From Candidatus Shapirobacteria bacterium CG03_land_8_20_14_0_80_40_19 (GTDB taxonomy: Bacteria > Patescibacteriota > Microgenomatia > UM-FILTER-40-11), in NCBI GenBank assembly GCA_002780305.1, contig PEVD01000028.1, positions 1 through 48,512 on the forward strand: a stretch of 48,512 nucleotides of DNA, written 5' to 3'. The notes under the pieces are model-generated. The model did not search any database and had not been told where the DNA came from. It was given only the letters and a program-made list of their open reading frames with translations. Within the stretch, counting starts at the first letter, position 1. The number at the start of each line of letters is the position of its first letter. This document shows positions 45,024 to 48,512 of this stretch, piece by piece. The position numbers and the translations under genes are program-made.

Positions 45024-45803
45024 ATGTCTTTATCTCAATCATTATTATTAGCGATAGTTCAGGGATTAACTGAATTTCTGCCGGTTTCTTCTTCCGGCCA
45101 TTTAGTTTTGTTGCAAAAATTGTTTGGAATTGAAAAGCCGCCGGTTTTTTTTGATACCCTGCTTCATCTTGGAACCCTGGGGGCAGTTTTACTTTTTTTT
45201 AAAGAAGAAATATTTTCTTTGTTTGATAATTGGAAGAAAAAAATTAAACTCTGGCGGCTGATTTTTTTTGGGACAATACCAGCGGCGGTTTTTGGTTTAA
45301 TTTTAAGCCCCAAGATTGAATTGATTTTTAACTCTTTAAAATTAGTCGGTTTAATGTGGATCGTTTTTGGGATTTTATTATTATCAACCAAAAAACTTAT
45401 TAATAAAAAGTCAGGAAAAATAGAAAAACTGGAAGAAATCAAGTTGTCGGACTCATTGGTGGTTGGTTTTTTTCAGGCGTTTGCTTTATTTCCCGGAATT
45501 TCCCGTTCCGGCTCTACTATTTTTGGAGGTTTAAGCCGCAATTTTTCGCCGAAGCTTGCTTTATTGTTTTCTTTTTTACTTTCAGTTCCGGCAATTATCG
45601 GGGCAGTAATTTTAGAACTAAAAAAAGTTGAGTTAGGCGAAATTAATATTGGCATAAGTCTTACTTCGATGTTAATTGCCGGCTTTGTCGGTTATTTTTC
45701 TCTGAAAATGTTAAAAAAAGTTCTAGAGTCGGAAAAATTATTTTATTTTGGTTTTTACTGTTTGTTTTTGGGGCTAATTGTTTTAATCTTTAACTTAAAA
45801 TGA
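45024..45803 (+). CDS. uppP: Undecaprenyl-diphosphate phosphatase
   Basis: QGLTEFLPVSSSGH, PGISRSGST, FSFLLSVP. Confidence 0.96.
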   Translation: MSLSQSLLLAIVQGLTEFLPVSSSGHLVLLQKLFGIEKPPVFFDTLLHLGTLGAVLLFFKEEIFSLFDNWKKKIKLWRLIFFGTIPAAVFGLILSPKIELIFNSLKLVGLMWIVFGILLLSTKKLINKKSGKIEKLEEIKLSDSLVVGFFQAFALFPGISRSGSTIFGGLSRNFSPKLALLFSFLLSVPAIIGAVILELKKVELGEINIGISLTSMLIAGFVGYFSLKMLKKVLESEKLFYFGFYCLFLGLIVLIFNLK

Positions 45804-46103
45804 AGATAAAAAGTCTTTTTTTTCATTGACGGTGGGGTAAATAAAATTGTCAGTGATAAAAGCAGTTTGCAAAATGAACTCAAATTATGAAAAAACGTTG
45901 TTCTGTTGATGATTTAATTGCCCAGGCCTTGAAGTACTTGGCTGATAAAAATTATGTTTTTTGCCCCAGTACCTATCCGCAATGCGCTGATAAGAAAAAT
46001 TTGTTTGACACGCTTTTGATGAATAAAAATAAGGTTTATTTTAATGTGGTTTTTATAAGTTTCTGCACTTCTGTTCTTTACTTTTTCTAGTTTTGTGTCT
46101 GTA

Positions 46104-46144
46104 ATATTCATTACGCTGGCGTAATGAATATATTGAGGCTAAAA
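46104..46144. repeat. Palindromic element, copy 2 (ATTACGC-N2-GCGTAAT family)
   Basis: ATATTCATTACGC-TG-GCGTAATGAATAT then AGGCTAAAA. Confidence 0.8.
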
Positions 46145-46188
46145 GTTAAATTTACATGGCTGAAAACTAATATAAATAGAGACATAGC

Positions 46189-47382
46189 CTATTTTTCCTG
46201 CAAAATCATTGGCCTGAATAGTTCGTCCTGCCAATAATTCACACCTTCGATATCAGCCCCAATTAATTGTCTTAATAGTGGTTCCAAAGAGATAATTTTG
46301 ATGTTTTTAGCGATATTGATATTGCCGATGGGCTGGCGGGAGTTGGTACCCATGATGATGGAAAAAAGAGGATGTTTGATTTTTGTTTCCCATCCGGGAG
46401 TAAATTTACAATGGACCAGGCAAACAGCCAGTGATTTCGCTCCGTACCCGGATAGTGCCTCGGCCAGAGTATAAACTGTTCCCATTGTCGAAGCTTCATC
46501 ATCATAGATAAGACAATGTTTACCTTTTACAATCGATTTTTCCCCTTCGGACAATTCATAAACGGTTACTGCTTGACCGGACAGTCGGATTTTATCAAAA
46601 GAGACGGAGGGTATTTGTAAGTACTGACCAATTCTTGTTGCGGCCAAATTTCGCCCTTTGTCCGGTTGGACGACAACAAACTTTTCCGGGATAATTTCAA
46701 CTCTTTTTTTTAATTCGTCCATTATTAATTTCCAGGGAGAAATTGGCGCCAGCGGGATGCCGAACATGGCAGCACAGGCCTGGGTGGCGCTGGAATGGGG
46801 TTCAATTACGATCATTCGATCAACAAACGCCTTAAGTCCGCCTATTGCCGCCCTAATGTTGGTGGTGCTTGGAACATAACAGCCGTCTTTATTGATGTTT
46901 TTATCTTCTCTGGTATAACCGAAGAATGGGCATACCAAAGTTATAAACTGCGCCCCGAGAGTATTTACGAAGTGATCGGCCACTCTCTTTACTCTTTCTA
47001 GGTCTTTTTCCGTAAGAATGGAAGAGACAATATAAATTGATTGAGCCTCAAGGTTTTCTTTGTCTATAATTGTTTGTGTTTCTCCATCTGGAAAAGCTTG
47101 TTCAATTGTCGTGGCAACAGGAGAAATCCCGAAATAGCCGTGTTTCTGAGTTTTATAAAACTCTCCGGCGACATCGCCTTGATACGGGGTAAGCACCACA
47201 ATTTGAAAATTTTTTCGATCGATAAGATGATGTATTTCTTTATTTTTGGCTTGCCAAAATTTTGCCGCAGAATCAAAAGTGATTTCCGGTGCTCTTATAT
47301 AAACAGTCCGTCCTTTTGAATCTGTGACCGGCTCTTTTCCGGGGGTAAAGGAAAATTTCTGAGGGTTTATTCTTTCAACCAT
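46189..47382 (-). CDS. prs: Ribose-phosphate pyrophosphokinase-like protein (divergent, N-terminal extension)
   Basis: FPDGE, PFFGYTREDK, EPHS, VVVQPDKG, PRPP loop LIYDDEASTMGT. Confidence 0.8.
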   Translation of the reverse strand: MVERINPQKFSFTPGKEPVTDSKGRTVYIRAPEITFDSAAKFWQAKNKEIHHLIDRKNFQIVVLTPYQGDVAGEFYKTQKHGYFGISPVATTIEQAFPDGETQTIIDKENLEAQSIYIVSSILTEKDLERVKRVADHFVNTLGAQFITLVCPFFGYTREDKNINKDGCYVPSTTNIRAAIGGLKAFVDRMIVIEPHSSATQACAAMFGIPLAPISPWKLIMDELKKRVEIIPEKFVVVQPDKGRNLAATRIGQYLQIPSVSFDKIRLSGQAVTVYELSEGEKSIVKGKHCLIYDDEASTMGTVYTLAEALSGYGAKSLAVCLVHCKFTPGWETKIKHPLFSIIMGTNSRQPIGNINIAKNIKIISLEPLLRQLIGADIEGVNYWQDELFRPMILQEK

Positions 47383-47434
47383 GGTATTTGGTTGGGCAAT
47401 CTTGTTATAGCACCAAAAAGTTTATTGGTCAAAT

Positions 47435-48199
47435 TTAGTTTAGATATGGAATTTGATCCGGATCGAGATCAAGAAGCGGGGCGCAGAAGCGGTCAACGGC
47501 TAGATTATCAAATCCGGCAATAAGTTTATTAACCGGGGGAAGACAGGGTTGCCCGTGAATTTCATTGCCGAGCTGTCCGATACTGGCGTCAACTAAAACA
47601 AAGTCGGACGGACGGTATAGATTTAGGTCGAAGACGGATTGTTGTACTCCGTATTTAAAATGCAGTTCACTTTTATTCCACCAATTAGGCATAAATTTTT
47701 TTATCAATCCTTCGTTTAAATAAAGGCCGAATAAGTTTTTAGTGGCACAAGTTAGTATTCCTTCATCATGCTGTTTTAACACCGGAATATTAATAAAAAA
47801 GGAGTCGAAGATAATTTTCGGCAGTTTTACTTTTTTCAGCGCCCGGGCTCGGGGATTTTCTTTTATGATTCTCTCTTCCCGATTTAAATCAATTAATTTA
47901 ATTTTGTATTTTTCAACCAACTTTTCATATTCCAATTCCTTAAAAGCTTTAAGGGTGTCACACCCTCCGGAACCTTCGGCTACAATTATCTCCGCTTTAG
48001 AGTAATTTTGGCAGAATTTGACTGTCTCTTCAATCAGCTCGACCGGAGTGGTGCAGGGCGGCTTCATAACGGTGGTCAAATTTGGCTTAAGTAAAATTCT
48101 TGCCCGATTTTTTATCAGTCCGGCCAGATTTGATTTTTGCAGGATTTCCGGCACGGATTTTTTAAAAGAAACAAAATCGAGCTCAAAAATATCCTTCAT
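47435..48199 (-). CDS. DUF362 domain protein
   Basis: ILLKPNL, AEGSG, INIPVLKQH, TCATKNLFG, D.LAVD. Confidence 0.82.
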   Translation of the reverse strand: MKDIFELDFVSFKKSVPEILQKSNLAGLIKNRARILLKPNLTTVMKPPCTTPVELIEETVKFCQNYSKAEIIVAEGSGGCDTLKAFKELEYEKLVEKYKIKLIDLNREERIIKENPRARALKKVKLPKIIFDSFFINIPVLKQHDEGILTCATKNLFGLYLNEGLIKKFMPNWWNKSELHFKYGVQQSVFDLNLYRPSDFVLVDASIGQLGNEIHGQPCLPPVNKLIAGFDNLAVDRFCAPLLDLDPDQIPYLN

Positions 48200-48235
48200 G
48201 AGATTATTTTACCAAAAAAATGTATAATTCGGGAG

Positions 48236-48512
48236 ATGAAAAATGCGAATTTATTGGATCAGTTTTTTTTGGTTGACCCTAAAGTTGTGGACGGTCTTAT
48301 TTCCGCCTCCGAACTGAAAAAAAAAGATGTTGTTCTGGAAATCGGGGCGGGACGTGGCGTTTTGACTAAAATTATTGCCGCCAAAGCGGGCAAGGTTATC
48401 GCCGTTGAAATCGATAAAAAGTTTAGAAAAGATCTGGCTGGTTTGGGGAGTTCCGTCAGGATTATTTTTGCCGACGCGCTGAGCGTTCTTAAAAACAAAG
48501 AAAAATATAATC
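48236..48512 (+). CDS. rsmA: rRNA adenine dimethylase (RsmA/KsgA family), 3'-partial
   Basis: Manual translation MKNANLLDQFFLVD...DVVLEIGAGRGVLT...VIAVEID. TATAAT at 48223-48228. Confidence 0.8.
   Translation, partial: MKNANLLDQFFLVDPKVVDGLISASELKKKDVVLEIGAGRGVLTKIIAAKAGKVIAVEIDKKFRKDLAGLGSSVRIIFADALSVLKNKEKYN

Noticed and set aside
45887-46111. Small ORFs 45887-46090 (+) and 45914-46111 (-)
   Set aside because: No recognisable motif and they overlap each other. Possibly a gene remnant, but unsupported.
1-48512. Alternative genetic code (UGA = Gly, as in Gracilibacteria/Absconditabacteria)
   Set aside because: TGA ends conserved genes such as fusA, rplW and rpsE at their expected C-termini.

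Overview
Chromosomal window of an AT-rich bacterium using genetic code 11 (TGA is a stop). It is most consistent with Patescibacteria/CPR (Microgenomates-like). This is inferred from the absence of rpmD/uL30 between rpsE and rplO, shortened uL2 and uL3, a reduced RNase P RNA and mostly SD-less starts. 1-10.5 kb is accessory metabolism: a NUDIX gene, a glycyl-radical enzyme with an unusual GCHW cysteine loop, a truncated Maf, and a divergent ACT-domain gene. It also holds a LysW amino-group-carrier operon (lysW-lysX-lysY-homocitrate synthase-lysZ-lysJ) that ends in an EgtC/YafJ-like Ntn hydrolase where lysK would normally be, followed by a structured intergenic region and a stand-alone ATP-cone gene. 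10.5-29.5 kb is the fusA-tuf-S10-spc-alpha-rplM-rpsI superoperon. 29.5-48.5 kb carries mltG, a thermonuclease, a methyltransferase, NUDIX and MBL genes, a non-canonical tRNA-Pro(GGG), recA-recX-rny, HU, miaB, an HD protein, a Ser-variant purF, a membrane-anchored Memo-AMMECR1 fusion, miaA, an AI-2E transporter, rnpB, uppP, prs, DUF362 and a partial rsmA-like gene. Several families of palindromic and 7-8 bp periodic repeats occur between genes and in-frame inside genes. The best candidate novel system is the LysW operon with an Ntn hydrolase as a putative non-orthologous replacement of LysK, plus a putative ACT-domain regulator and operator. All calls come from motif recognition by eye; no searches or folding programs were run.
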